NCBI RefSeq assembly: GCF_001194135.2
Contig: NC_068992.1
Coordinates: 67,806,686 to 67,870,685, forward strand
DNA: 64,000 bases
Direction of reading: 5' to 3'
Source of the DNA: Octopus bimaculoides
Lineage: Eukaryota
The notes under the pieces were generated by a model, which made no database searches, had not been told where the DNA came from, and saw only the letters and a program-made list of their open reading frames with translations. Position numbers and translations under genes: made by a program. Positions 39,951 to 54,614 of this stretch are shown piece after piece (positions within the stretch are counted from its first letter, which is position 1; every line of letters starts with the position of its first letter).

Positions 39951-42900
39951 CAGTGACAAATGCAGGAGAATGCGTGGGAATTATGATAGAAAGAAAAAGA
40001 GAAGGGTATTACAATAGTTAGAAAGGAAAACTAGAGAATACGAAAGATTGATTGCGATATTTAACGATTTGAGTTTGAATTGCATTTCAACTTGAAACAT
40101 GAATCAAATTAGAGAAAAATATTGCAACCCACCTATTATGTGCCTTACACTTTCCCCCATTTCTTTACATTCAGTGTCTTTACATACCTATGAACCTCTT
40201 CAAACCTCGATACTCTGATCCTAGGGTCTATTTCTGTAAGCGCAGAAACGTCAATAGAATAAAGAATAGTAAGATAAATCTTTGTCCCAGGCAGGTTCAT
40301 TCGTTAATGTCCGAACGTTTGAAATATATATTAAGGACATCACTACTGTTACTGATGCATAATTAATCTCCAACTGGTTGTGAAGATTTACAAAAGTATT
40401 CAACATATAATAGCGACGATTTATGTCAATACGATTATTTAATACAGTTACAGCAGAAAGTATAGCAAAGTTTCAATTGATCAACACATGAAGATTTCGC
40501 TTTTATTTATAATGAAATAAAAGAATGACAAAGGCATGAATAGAAAATAAGAATATTGAATGATAATCAACACTACTACACTTGTGAAATATTAAATGAC
40601 TCCATACTCTGTAGATGAATGGGTGTTAACCAACTTCATTGGCTTCGCCGTTGCAAGATACTGGCTCGCTTTTCATGATTATTACTGCACTTCAAACTAC
40701 AGCAGAATAATCAAGTAAATTGAATATATATATATAATATTGGAGAACTTTCGGCAAAACAATGTCATTCTTAACAATACAAAAACGTTTTGTTTAAATT
40801 TCTAAATGGGTTTCATTAGAAAAATATGAGCTGACGAATGCTGACTTGTATGGTATATATCCTGTATCGCAATGAACACTTCAGATATGAATGTGTACGT
40901 AACTCACACGAGTCTATCATGCAAATTGATAGCGTGTATCTTTAGTGTTACACTCTCGTCACAGCAGTAAATATTGTAAAAGAGACCTAGTTTTTAATGG
41001 TTTGAAAACACAACATACACATTGAAACTGTATCAATCAGAAACCTGTGTTTTAAATAAAAGTAGGAATAGATATGTTGAGAAGATATACGAGGCAGACA
41101 ACTCCCGTAAAGGAAACGATAAATGGAACAATGTCAGAAAATGTGAAGTGAAATTAGAATTGTATATATATAAGCTTACATATTTACCAATAAGAATTTA
41201 TGGAACCTAATCTGTGAGTAAATTTGAAGGTAGTTGTTTTCGTTGTTGATTTACCAAAGTGGGTGTGTTAAATCCAGTATATACAATTGCAAATAATAGA
41301 CGCTGTTACTAGAGTATGGAAAGAGTATTAAAATGACAACATCCACTATATTTTAAGTAAATGCCAACCATTTGATTGTATAACTATTAATATTTTGCAG
41401 TTATTAAAAACAATTACATTACATAAAAACCAATGAAAAGTACCAACAAAATGTCTTTCCTCTTGAATCAATCAAATGATAACATATATATATATATATA
41501 TATATTTTTATTTCCGTCTTATGGAGTTTAAAGTGAAATATGGGTATTTCAGATATCCGTATTTCAGATATATGTGACAGGAATTAGATATAAATACCTA
41601 TGAGTGTTTCATTGCATTTTTTGAGACTGAAACTATCCCGAGTTTATAATGTAAATATTGTTTTGTAAATATTGTTTTGAAAATATTTTAATGTATAAAA
41701 TCGCAATGACGAAACATGTACAGATGAGGATTGCAATAACTATTTCAAAGACACTACTTTCACGACTGTGCCATTGAAACGGAAAGTAACTTGTAACTAA
41801 AACAATCAACATTCGTTGCTCAAACAAAGCCATGTAAAACATTAAATAACAAAATATTTAGTTTATGAGGTTTGTCTTTGTTGTAGAAAGATAATTGTTT
41901 TAATATTTCCGTACCCACATAAAAGGCTAAAGACAACAACACAACATGTAATTTAAACGTTCACAGTTTTTCCATTTCAATTAATTTTAAGAAAGTAATA
42001 ACTCGCTTCATATTAATACACTCAAATGAACCGCTTCGTGCTCTTTCATCAGTAAATTGTTTTTTCTACTAATATCTTTTTCAAAAATAATGGTCACTTT
42101 TCATAACGCAGTAAATTAAACGAACACACAAACATATTCTAACCACTTAATTTTCTACATATTCATTAACAAAATAATTCAGTTCCAGATTTAGATATGC
42201 ACGAAAGAAATGTTGCATTAAAAATCTTTATTGCTCGCTGTTCGTTATTTGCAACAAATAACGACGACCAAAATAGGAATCAAAGAACATGATTCTTCTT
42301 TAGTAATAAAATCAGACAAACAAGTAGGACGAATTTTAATACAGTTACATTATATATATATATATGTAAATTTTTAAAAAAATATATAAACACACGCGTG
42401 CATGATCAAACACACAATTCCTGCATGCGTTTATACATGTTGGCGATGACTGAAAGGAAACCAGGCTGGAGTGCATACCGATTAAGATGGTATGGGTTCT
42501 GGTGAGTGTACGACTGGAGAATAAGATCCCAGAGAGCAGGCGGAAGAACAGTATTGCCGAAGGCACTCCACTCTCAGCCGCTGATTCCATTCTGTGTGTG
42601 CATGTGTGTGCGTGCAGAACGTGTCAGGTGTGAATTGCTAATGTAATTTTCTTTGCTGCTATAATTAAAGTACTTTAAGGCCAAATATATCCCAAACGAC
42701 GGATATGGAAGGAACTTTACTTTCCTAATTTTCCTCCTATGTTCAATACAGACTGCGTTATTTTGGAAGCACTTGAAATAAAATATATTAATCACAAGTT
42801 TAACCGGAACGTGACACAATCGATAACAGTCTATTAATTCGGGTTTAATTCTATACTCGAAGACATTGATGGTTATGAAAATATATAAATTTTGAAGTCG

Positions 42901-44368
42901 AAAACTATAGAACTTTGAAGATTGTGATGTCAATGAATGTCTCTATAATCTGAAGCATACTTGAGAAAGAAATGTATCATGAATTCGTGACATATGACTT
43001 TTTCTCAATTTATATTCTTTAATTTGCAATATTTTCATTTTGAGAGTTATAAAAGTTGTCTTTTTCTGTATAAGTGAGTCAGGAAGCATTCTGTGCCCAC
43101 CACCATTGAAAATATCGACTAGCAAATGTTTGCTTGTGCATTTGTATAGTATTACTTACTTCTAAAGCGTGGAAGGTAGGTAGTCGTCGACTGTTGTATT
43201 TATTCGCCAGACCAATCCGTAATATTTACTGTTTGATGCAGGATACGAAACATTGTATGCACGACAGTTGGGGGAAAAAAGGATTACAGAATGGGTCATG
43301 GCTAGAAATGGTATATTACGTTGTATTTCTAAGAGTAATTAAGTTAGGTAACACTGATAGATGAGGTAGATATAAATAGCTGTCTAGTACCACAAGAGTT
43401 GAAAAGTTGTGGTGAAAAAAGTTTTAGTCTAAACATAAACCAGTACATCATTGCAGGGGCGTTAAATTATACTTATGTGAATTTACATAGGCCACAGTAA
43501 TAAACTAGTATCATTGACAGTGTACAACCCACGCCCCTACCATCTAATTAATTGGCGGTCTCATTAATGTTTAGTGTATAATAGTTTAATTAATGCTTAG
43601 CTTTTTTAAACTCATTGCAACAGAAAATGGAGTTGCATATTTCTATGACCTGCCAACCAGGTTCTTGAATACAATTTTAGCTAATGTAGAAAGGATAATA
43701 ATTGTTACTCCAAGGGAAAGTTATGTATGTTATGAAGCAATTTAAAATTTCCATTTGGAAATTTTGAAAAAACAATAATTTATAATTGAAATGCGCTTAT
43801 AATCACATAACTTTTACCGAATAGCTGAAATTTTAATATTTTGCTTTTAAATCCAAGAAGCATATTCGTAATAGAAAATATGTTTGTAACCAGCATACTC
43901 TCATGAAATATAGAGTTGTTAAATTCTTCAAATAAATCCTTTATTACTTGATAAATTTAAACTTGCATTTAAATAATTTCATTCATATATTCAGTAATAA
44001 TATTTGTGTATGTTAGCGCGTGAATATACAAGTTTGTTATGAACCACTTTATAAGTTAAAAAACTTTTTGCAGAAATAAAATCAGAGACAGCAGGTATCA
44101 AAGTTTGATTAAGAAAAAGTGTAATATGATACAGATATGGAGATATAAGAGACTTGTCTCCAAAGCGTCTAGCAAGAGATTGATTTAATCTTATTTAGAC
44201 TTGCCTGATATTTAACACCTGCTTAAACCTGGCGACTATCGATACGTCCTAAACAGAACGTCTCCAAATCAATAAACAGCTGGCCGGAACCTTCCTTTGA
44301 ACTTAATCAAATAACATTGTGCTTACACACACACACTCACACATATATATGTTTATGTATGTAGGTAT

Positions 44369-44410
<42 letters not shown>

Positions 44411-44459
44411 TCATATATATATAGATATGTATGTGTGTACATATAAGTATATATGTATA

Positions 44460-46320
44460 TGGGTGAACGGCAATAATGACAGGTAAAATTGGCACAAAAA
44501 TCTATTGAAATATACACTATTGGCAAAAGAAGCAGAATAAACTTTGCCTAATCTAAGAACGGGTTTTCAATAAAATCTACTTTCTTCATATATCATGTAC
44601 TTGTATAACCTCCGTTTTTTAAGATAGATTTATACGTTGAAACATGTTTATGAAAAAATATATATATAATAAAATCAAATATATTCAGACCTGAAAACAC
44701 CGTTTTATATTAATCTTTAAAAACCGAATTTAATAACTAAAATCTTATGTTGTGACCAAGTCCACGAAACACTTGATCAAGCTTTTCCTTCCTTCTGTAC
44801 AGTCATTGCATTAATTCTTTATTCTTTGTTGTAGATCATCATTGACTTTCTTTGCTTTCTTCCTGAGTGGTTCCCCAATTGAGTCCCTTGCTATCACTGC
44901 ACTCACAACAGCCTCTTCCTTCTGAATCGTTCAAAATAGATCGGTACTGGTAGCCAACAACACCATAAAAGTTGTTGTTCTAGCCATCACACAGGTGGTT
45001 GGTCCTTGGACTGTCATTAATGGTAGCTTGATGTACGTTCCAAAGTTCTGGAGAAAATCTTGCTGGAATGTATCGAAAATTTATTGCTGGAATGCTTGGC
45101 TCGAAGTTCCGTATTCTTATCTGAACATATATGCTAGAAACGTAAGTTTGATCGACGTACTCTAGGCTTGAGCAACTGCGTTCCCGCTGGAACATCTTCA
45201 GTTGCTATAAACGCCAATCAGTCGATCTGTCCACAGAATTGGAGAAAGTCCTCACTCTCTTTGTAGTGTTGGTGAGGCCGAGGTCCTTTGTTTTTCTGCG
45301 GGTAGTCTGAGTTAGGTGGTAGAAACAAACTTGTGTGCGTGTTTCCGGTTCAAAAACATTATTGATAACTTGGTTGATCACTTGCTCAAGGTCAACAATT
45401 ATCGTTGTTGGGTCCTAGTAGAGCTCAATCACGCGGCAACTATCCACGACTGCTTGCAGCAGGATTTCATATGTATCTTGTGCAGACAAGCAACAACAGT
45501 AGAATCTGCAGTATTACCAATAGGGACGTGTATTAGGTAAAGCTGTAGAAATCCTAGTGGAGCCATTGCATAGTCACCATCCATCAGCAGAAAGGAGGAA
45601 ACGCAGTGATTCACCAGGACCAAACACAATGATGTGGCTGCTAGTTTCTCGTCCGTTATCGAAAAGCAAAAATGGTTTGGCTGAAGTAGTTGTCCAATCT
45701 CCAGTTAGTTTCAGATCCTCGAGTCTTTCGGGGACTTGCCGATAGTTTTGATCTTTTGTTTCGCATAGCTCTTTTTCTGATGTCTTCACTTGGAAGTAAC
45801 GTCTTTCCTTCAGCTGATATGTCATTCAGGTTATTGCTGTAAATCTGGCTAGGTTTATGTTGTTTCTGCTGCTTGTCTCTTCGTGTTCATGATGCATTTT
45901 GTGGATGAAATAGCTGCAGAATCAGGAGCGTGATTGTGGTCCTTAGCTGGACAAGAACAGTCATATCAAAGCTGGTGGTGATGATGCATTTACAAAAAGA
46001 GGTTATCTTAACACATCTCCATTTGACATAGTTGATTTTAAAGCCTGTTTTGTATACATGTATCCATGGAAGCAGGTATCTTTTCCTTTATTACTTCTAT
46101 GATGTTGTTGTGGTAGAGCCACTGATATAAATAGCAAGTAGAGTTACTGCTTTCGCATTTATTTTGTTAAGGACTCATTGGGATAGCTTCATGTACGTTC
46201 CAAAGCTCATCAAGCTGTCCCAATGTACGTTCCATTGTTCTGGAGGAAATCTAGCATATTGTGCCATTTTTACCTATCTTTTCACTTGTGTCATTAGTAC
46301 CTGTGCCATTTTTACCTAAT
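44460..46320 (-). mobile_element. Mutator-like (Phantom-type) DNA transposon relic: FLYWCH plus MULE DDE transposase
   Basis: Across frameshifts: FHGYMYTK..WRCVK...CK...DHNH (FLYWCH); WMDGDYAMAPLGFLQLY; DPTTIIVDLE; VCFYH (CxxH); WNVH...PRTNHLCDG. Inverted subterminal motif AGGTAAAA(T/A)TGGCAC at 44481 versus 46261 and 46303. Confidence 0.85.
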
Positions 46321-46621
46321 TTCATGTACTTGTGTGTATATGTGTGTGTTCGCGCGCGCGTGCGTCTGCTGTAGGTGTTTGCGTGTGTGTTTATAGAAGT
46401 GTAGTGTTTTGTACGTGCCTGCATGTACGAATGCACGTGTACTACTTGGGTGATCGTAAAATAGAAAAGAGACACTGAAATGAAAGATGAGCCATAGACA
46501 GTATTGTAGCGCCATGGGGGGACATCAGCATAGAAAGATGTCAGCGAAGTATCAGAAACAAAATGAATTCACCTTCAAACCCACACACGCACACATCACA
46601 TCTGTGTGCGTGTGTGTCCGT

Positions 46622-46785
46622 ATGAGTTCAAATTCCGCCGAGGTCGACTTAGTCTTTCATCTTTTCGGGGTCGATTAAATAAGTACTAGTTACGCGCTGG
46701 GGTCGATATAATCGATTTAATCCCTTTGTCTGTCCTTGTTTATCCCTTCTTATGTTTAGCCCCTTGTGGGCAATAAAGAAATAAA
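46622..46785 (+). mobile_element. 5'-truncated SINE (different tail variant)
   Basis: GAGTTCAAATTCCGCCGAGGTCGACTT...CTGGGGTCGATATAATCGAT core, then a GTCTGTCCTTGTTT...GGGCAATAAAGAAATAAA tail. Confidence 0.85.
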
Positions 46786-47584
46786 TATTTACATTCTAGC
46801 AATGTATTATTACTAGATTTATCTACTTCGACTTCTACCGTTAAAACACGATTTCATATGTTTGTGTTTCTGTATGTGTGTCTGTCTGTCTGCGTGCAGG
46901 GTTATGTGAATGTGTATGCGATTGAGAGTGAGAGAGGGTGTGTGTTTGTCTTTAGATATGTATGCATGTCAAACTTCGATTTTGTTTGAAATTTCCATGT
47001 TCATCAGAATCTCAACATCTGTAAGAATTTCTTAAAATGTTTTCGGGACCGATTTTTGAAAACGAACCTCCATGTTTTTAGACCTTGCAATAATCGATGC
47101 AACACTTTTCCGAAAGAAACGAAAGGGTAAAACCTCATCGCACACACAAGCACTTACATATACCACTCTGATACATAATAGTATATATACTCACATACAC
47201 GCACATACGCAACCAGCCAATCGATACATTAACATTTATCAATATAAAATGTTTCATACATTCAGACAATCTCGAAAACATCTACAATATAAACAGAAAT
47301 TGAAAATCATTTAACGAAAATTACTTCGGGTTTCAGTTATCGCAACACAAATAACCATTTAGATACATAATTATATAAAGAAAACATTCGATATCAACAA
47401 ACATAACTAATATGTAAAAAGCAACGCAAACTACTTAAGTCTGAAACTCTTTATAGAAATTTACCTTCACCTTCTAAATACGAAAGAAAGTATATATAGC
47501 ATCTAATTTGTCTGTGAAAATATGAAATAAAAATGGCAACTGACAGGTTTCAAACATTAGAACAGTTCAAATGTACGTTTCATT

Positions 47585-47935
47585 ATTACTATTATTATTA
47601 TTATTATTATTATTAGCTAGTGACAACTGACGGTGTATTGCCATTCATTTTCACGGACAGTGTGCAAGCGCTGTAAAAATCTACACATCCTTCACAAACC
47701 TGCAGTATTTGTCTACAAGAAATATGAAGCATCCTATTGCTGCCACGAAAGTTACGCCCTCCATCCAGGTGAGCTTCAATCCATTGGCTGCCGACAGCAC
47801 TGATACACCATCTTGATATCGGCCGCTCTCCAAAACTGTCTGCTCCACAATTGAAGACCAGACTCCCTACCGTCAATGGCTAATCAGACACCACATCTTC
47901 AGGCATCCCATTCTTTCGTCTCCATAAACATGTAC
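47585..47935 (-). mobile_element. Probable LINE (RTE-like) 3' fragment with (AAT)n tail
   Basis: GERPISRWC...QWIEAHLDG weakly resembles the RTE GRP..RW.D...W..A.DR motif; ends in a trinucleotide tail. Confidence 0.4.
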
Positions 47936-49204
47936 GATTGTGTATATCTAAGTAGGTATATTCTTTGATCTGTGTATAGATTTATGAGTGTGAGTGTGCA
48001 TGTCTGGAAGACCATACATAGGTGCTAATGTGAGTCCACGTGTGTGTGCGTGTGCGCCTGTGTATGTATGTACATGTTTGCATTTGTGTAGAAAAATATG
48101 GGTGCACACAGATTTTCGTGCATGCATGTTTGTTTAGGAGAACTTTATATATATATATATATATATATGGGTGCGTGTATGTCTCTCTTACGCTGGTGAT
48201 TGGGTGTAAATACACACACACGTACACACGCCCATTAATCAATATATTTTAGATAGCAAACTGTTTATACATTCATTGTTCTTTTAAAATGTTATTTAGC
48301 CCAGGGCTGCTGTCTTTTCTATTACTCCTTAATTGCTTGTTACTAGTATTTTTATATTCAGTAGTATTATACAAAAGAGAAAAACTCCAAATTATTTAGA
48401 AAGGAAAATAAAATTGCAAATTGCGTCATGAGCGGATGACAGAATGGAGGACAACGTTACTTCCCTTTATGCACGACAACAATAATAGTTTTTCCCTCGA
48501 GTTTAACTCCAGAAATTAGGATGTAAGCGGAAACAATATAAATAAGGTCACCACCGTCGTTGTTGATATTTTCGGTAACAGTATCAGTAGAATTGCCATA
48601 AAGATAAACGATGCATGTGTGTAGAACCTGGAACCTCAGAAAATACCTCTGACTACATCAACAACAACAACCATGTACCACTAACAACGCTAATATGAAA
48701 CGATAGAAGTATCAGCATAAAGGAATACACGTTCCACATGAGCAATATTGATGCTATATCTGCTGCATCCAATGTGACAACAAACATCATAGAGCAACCG
48801 ACAAATGGATATCGGCAAAAGTAGCAACAGGACTAAAAGCTACAAGAACATGACCAGCAGCAGATCAATCTTTTGTTAGACTGACAACAAGAAGTGATCT
48901 AAGGAGGAGCCCCAGGATGGGAAACGGCAGACCCCCTATGAGGGAAAACAAAAGACTTTTTGCTGATGAAGGGGCAAAAAACATGTATCTACAGGTTTCA
49001 TACAGGCATCAGCTAACTAAACATTGAAATATTAGAAACGGGTCAAAGCGACAGGGTTTAAGTTGCACAGGTATAGAAATTTCGGATTGACAAATTTGAA
49101 TGTGGGCAATTTAAAACCTATCAAAGTGCAAAACAATGTGTGGATATGAACAGAAATATCCTCTAGAAATAAAATACAGACAGGCACTCTAATATCCTGT
49201 AAAA

Positions 49205-49350
49205 ATGTCAGGAATTAACACGTTAACTGACTTAAATGGATCGACGATTTGCTGCGAGGTGAATAATGCATTATCAGAAGCAAATATATGCATTGTTGCA
49301 GACAGAGAAAATGCAATATTGGACAGGAAGAATTACTGCATTTGGCTCGT
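49205..49350 (+). mobile_element. Possible Penelope-like RT N-terminal relic
   Basis: ALSEANICIVADRENAILDRKNY resembles the Penelope DIVI..ADKGN..VILD..DY motif; no other motif found. Confidence 0.35.
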
Positions 49351-50728
49351 GAGTTCTGATATCTTTACCCTTGGAAAACATGGTGATATTCGCTGAGAAA
49401 AACTGATCTCCATGATAGCACTTTGTAGTAGAGGTTAGGTTTGGTAGGTAATGCACCGAAAACCAACATAATATATTATATATACAATTAATCCCAAGCA
49501 ACACTGACCGGCAATGCTGTGACGTCAACATTGTAGCCACAACATCAACAACTGTAACTCAACAACGTTGCAGCAACATCGTTACCTGTAATTATGGCAG
49601 CAGTAAGAATGTTAGTGCAACAACGATTACGGATACTCTTAACGATTGTCGAAAAACTGTAAAGTGAGGTCGAGGAAAAGATTAAATATGTTGCCTGTTA
49701 ACATTACCAAACGCGTGACACAACAACAACAAATTCGCAGAAACAATAATCAATAAACCACTACTTTCTCCTCCACCCACCTCACGGGAGACGAAAACGA
49801 CTAATGCTATATGACCTTTTCTCATAATTACAAAGATTGGATGTCCAGCTCTTACATATTGTCAAAAGGAAACAGAAAATGAAATAGAAAACGACATTCA
49901 GCAACGCAAGAAGAGCAGTGACAGGCTTGGAGGATCACAGGCTGGTACTTGAGGATTTGAAATGATGATGTTGAAAGGGTGCAAACCAGGTGGACAAGAG
50001 GTGGCAAGAGAACTCCAGTTGTGTGCACAGTCTAAGCAAGGAGTGACTGAGAGTGAGAGAGAGTGGAGGGTAAGATGTCCAATAGAGAAAATGCTATATT
50101 TGTGTAAGTATTGACACCAATTTCATACTAACGATAATATCTATTATTTAAGTACTTCTTGTATGTAATATAATATCCGTTGTCCATGCTATTACCATTG
50201 ATTATGAGTAGAGTAATTCAACTTTATGTTCTTTGTTCATCCCATTAAGATAAATTAAACAAAGAACATTAATATCTTAAACGGCACACAATATTGATTT
50301 GATTCTATTTAATATATATAGGTTCCTATCTTAGGAAATCATGTTATTTACATACTTATATACATCGATATTTTTCATAACATTTTAATTCAAGGACATT
50401 GTAGAAACCTACCCAGTCACTCTATTTGTATAGATATAATGGTTAGAATTCGAAAGAAGAATAGGCCTTCATTGTGAATCTACACAAAGCCATCTTTCTT
50501 TTATTAAAGAGTTATTTCTTAATTGTAAAGCCAGTGTAAACTTAATTTCAACGTGTGAAAAAATAATGAAAGAAGGTCTTTCTGGTAGATTAAAAATTAG
50601 ACAATTCTTTAAAATTTGATTAGAAATAAAAGTTTTTGACAGTAGACATAGTAGACAATATTTCTTGTTATTGAACACAAAGAAACACATACAGTTTTCA
50701 ACCTTTGATTTTGTGTGTGTAATACATA

Positions 50729-50767
<39 letters not shown>

Positions 50768-51057
50768 NNNNNNNNNNNNNNNNNNNNNNNNNNNNNNNNN
50801 NNNNNNNNNNNNNNNNNNNNNNNNNNNNNNNNNNNNNNNNNNNNNNNNNNNNNNNNNNNNNNNNNNNNNNNNNNNNNNNNNNNNNNNNNNNNNNNNNNNN
50901 NNNNNNNNNNNNNNNNNNNNNNNNNNNNNNNNNNNNNNNNNNNNNNNNNNNNNNNNNNNNNNNNNNNNNNNNNNNNNNNNNNNNNNNNNNNNNNNNNNNN
51001 NNNNNNNNNNNNNNNNNNNNNNNNNNNNNNNNNNNNNNNNNNNNNNNNNNNNNNNNN

Positions 51058-51097
<40 letters not shown>

Positions 51098-52509
51098 GCA
51101 TACATATGTGTCTGCGTGTGTGTGTGTATAAATATAAGTAATAGAAAAACTTAACTTCATCGTAGAATTGGAAACTCGGTGATTTGCCGTGTATTACGAT
51201 AATATCGAGATGATTAATTTTGCTTTCATACGTTCTTTTAACATATTTAACAGGAGATGGGTTAAAGTACACAGGAAATTAAATTTCAATATACAGAACA
51301 AACACGTCCATATTACAACCCTCAAGTAGCTGTCGGCTGAAACGATAATTAATGACACTCACATTTCATTTGCTGATATATTTACTTTCAATCGAAGGGA
51401 AAATTTCATAGCGACGAAATTTGCAATGTTGCTCTGTCATATATAATAAAGAAGAATGTCTGATGAGAAAACATTTGCATAACTTCAAAGATTAGTCTGA
51501 TCTTCACATATCCCCTCCTGTGTCCGAGATATGGAGGCTAATAGGGATGTCTCTCTTTAGATTTGTCCATTTCTCTTCAGAAAAATTAAACTGCATTTTC
51601 TTCAACGATTGCAGGGTAACAGAGAAAGAAATGTTATGCCATTACGGGGGATTACCTTCACTTCTCAACGAGGGGTTTACATTTGGAGTTAGACACTTAC
51701 TTACGTGTCGATCGAAGCGAAAATAATTGCTGAATGGTATTTTGTATACATCCCTTTCTCCACACTGTCCCTCGTGTGTTTTATTTTCGGCCAATAAAAA
51801 AAGAATTACTATTAAAGTAATAATAATAATAATATATGCAGAGGGAATATATATGAATACAACTAGCCAGCGATACCCAGTGTCCAGTTTCTCTCACTTG
51901 TTGTATATTATAAACCCCTTAATTGGTGTTTTTATATGGATGGGGGCCAGATATCAACATCAAAATTCACGGCAGCTTTGTTGCACACTTCGTTGAAACA
52001 ACAGAGTCGAGTAAAGTTCTGTTTACATTAGGATATTTAAAACCGCTTCAGTGTTTAGTGTTTACTCACGGGAGTAGCCTTGCAAGAAAAGTGCATTTGG
52101 GTCGATAGTTAATCGTAAGAGGATATAATTCATTATGATTATCCGGTTATCAGCAGAAAGTTTTTGCTTTTGATTCGAGTACTGGGAATCACGAACCCAT
52201 ATTTAATAGAAACATACCGAAACTACAATAATTATTTTTCAATTTTTCTACCATGTTATTCTCAAGGTATTGTGTTAAAACGCGCACAGTAATTTTCAAT
52301 TTTACCATAACTCAGACAAAACAAAACATAATCGCACTTGGGATTTTAGTGAAATTGCACACTTACTGCTTTCATTTAGATTACATACATGCAAACAACA
52401 ACCCCCATTCCAGTATATAGACAGAGGAAAACATACATACTGAATCTGTATATATGTGTGCCTATCTGAATGCGTAATAGCAAAAGGGTGTAGCTATTAA
52501 AATTCTCTT

Positions 52510-52678
52510 TTCTATTCTAGGCACATGGCCCGAAATTTCTGAGGAGGTTGGGCAGTCGATTAGATCGACCTCAGTATTCAACTGGAACTTAATTTATCGA
52601 CTCTGAAACGAAGTAAGGCAAAGTCGACCTCGGCGAAACTTGAACTCAGAAAGTAAAGGCAGACGAAATACCGCTATT
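52510..52678 (-). mobile_element. tRNA-derived SINE
   Basis: Reverse complement CTGAGTTCAAGTTTCGCCGAGGTCGACTTTGCC...GGTCGATCTAATCGACTGCCC...GTGCCTAGAATAGAA. Confidence 0.85.
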
Positions 52679-52709
52679 ATATACATATATTATACACACA
52701 CACACACAG

Positions 52710-52742
<33 letters not shown>

Positions 52743-52746
52743 TATA

Positions 52747-52804
<58 letters not shown>

Positions 52805-52808
<4 letters not shown>

Positions 52809-53380
52809 AGGGTGAATCAAAAAGTAATGCCATTTTGTTTAAGACAGGTATAATTATCAACACAGGAACATGTATCATGCTTCAAAATGAAGCTGGTTCC
52901 CTGTGGATCGCATCCCTCCTTCTCAATATAGTCACTGTTTCTCTCGGTAGCAATGTTCCACCTTCGAATGGAAGCATGTATCTCTGCCCTGTAAAATTCT
53001 GTTGACTCTTCTTTCAACCACTTCTTCACTACAGTTTTCAATTCCTCGTCACTGGAATAATGTTTGCTGCTCAAACCCTCTTTTATGAGACCGAAGAGAT
53101 GATAGTCTGATGATGCTTGCTAAATTATTCCAGTGATGCGGAAGTGAAAACTGTAGTGAAAAAGTGGCTCAAATAACAGTCAACAGAATTTTACGGGGTA
53201 GGGAGACATGCTCTCATTCGAAGATGGAACATTGCTATTGAGAGAAACGGTGACTATATTGAGAAGTAGGGACGTGATCCACACGGGATCAGCTTAGTTT
53301 TGATGTATAATACATGTTCCTGTGTTGGTAATTATACCTGTCCTAAACAAAATGGCATTACGTTTTGACTCAACCTCGTA
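52805..53380. mobile_element. Mariner-derived fold-back element (two inverted 3' ends)
   Basis: Left arm on minus: ASSDYHLFGLIKEGL..YSSDEELKTVVKKWL..RRWNIATERNSDYIEK*. Right arm on plus: YSSDAEVKTVVKKWL..RRWNIAIERNGDYIEK*. Mariner-like TIR (..AGGGTGAATCAAAAAGTAATGCC) at both ends; the right end finishes in TA. Confidence 0.9.
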
Positions 53381-54134
53381 CATATGCATGTATCTATATA
53401 TGCATCTGTAATTCTTTTAAATGAATATGTAACTAAATTTGTCTAGAAGTATTTGCAAATCGCAGTAACAAATCATTTTTTCCACGTGCAAGCTTATTGC
53501 AATGTGACCGCATTACCAAGAAAATCTGTTGATTCTGACGTATTCAAAATATTCATAATTTACAGAATCGTCCATTAGAAAATGCAAACTTCAAAACACT
53601 CAAATTATATTTCGTAATGAAAAATACGAACATTCAAACAATATATACTTTTAGTGATTTTCTACCAAATCAATAAAATCGATAACTTCAGAGATATTGA
53701 TTGATGTTAGTGCAAAAGGTATTGCATAGTTTCTATCAAAAATATCAAGTTAGGATTCATATGATTCAAAATATTGAAACAGATGTAATTGTTAATGTTA
53801 GTATTATTTAATTATTATTATTATTGTTATTATTATTATAGTCAAAAACAGTATTGATCTTTTGAGTGGAAGAGTTGCAAACATTGAGAAGAGAATATAA
53901 AATAAAAACAATGCAGAGGAATTTCTCAAAAATATAAATAAAAAGTTTGCCTGTTGTATCTTGTGGTCTTGTCATATTTGATGTTTCAATAATATAATCT
54001 AGATAACATTTGAATTACCATAATTACTAACTGCAGAATTTCGTTATCATCCACCTAGGATTTAATTGCGGAAATATTTCGCCAAACATCCAAACGCATG
54101 CACACACACAGGTATATAAATTGCGCGCCTTCAG

Positions 54135-54250
54135 TTACCAAATCCACGTAAAAAAATCTTGTCAACTCAGGGCTATAGTAAGAGGTACCAGTCGAACGTG
54201 CCGCATATGACACTGAACCGAAAGCCACGGGCTTGGGAACCACGCCTGCA
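54135..54250 (-). mobile_element. Degenerate SINE head/CORE-like segment
   Basis: Reverse complement has GGTTCAGTGTC...GTACCTCTTACTATAGCCCTGAGTTGAC...GGATTTGGTAACTGA, like CORE-type SINEs; divergent from the SINE at 54275. Confidence 0.45.
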
Positions 54251-54274
54251 CACACATGCGCCCGTGTGTGTGCA

Positions 54275-54614
54275 GTGAAGGTGCATAGTTAGTGGTTAGA
54301 GCGTTCGAGGCACAATCATGAGGTCGTGAGTTCGATTCCCGGACAGGGCTGTGTGCCGTGCTCTTGAGCAAAATAATTTATTTTACGTTGCTCCAGTTTA
54401 CTGAACTGTAGAAATGAGCTGCGACGTCACTGGTGCCCAGCTGTATCAGCCTTTGCCTTTCTCTTGGATAAGATTGGTTGCGCGGAAAGGACAGACTGCT
54501 ATACATGGGTGACTACTGGTCTTCCATAAACAAATTTGCCCGGACTTGTGTCTGAGAGTGGAACATTCTAGAAGCAATCCCATGGTCATTCATGATGGAA
54601 GGGAATCTCCAACC

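Noticed and set aside
42440-42600. GC-richer block that could be a 5' UTR or first exon
   Set aside because: No recognisable peptide, promoter evidence or partner exon.
43455-43538. 8 bp inverted repeat AGGGGCGT/ACGCCCCT, 84 bp apart
   Set aside because: Too short and no target-site duplication; at most a tiny MITE relic.
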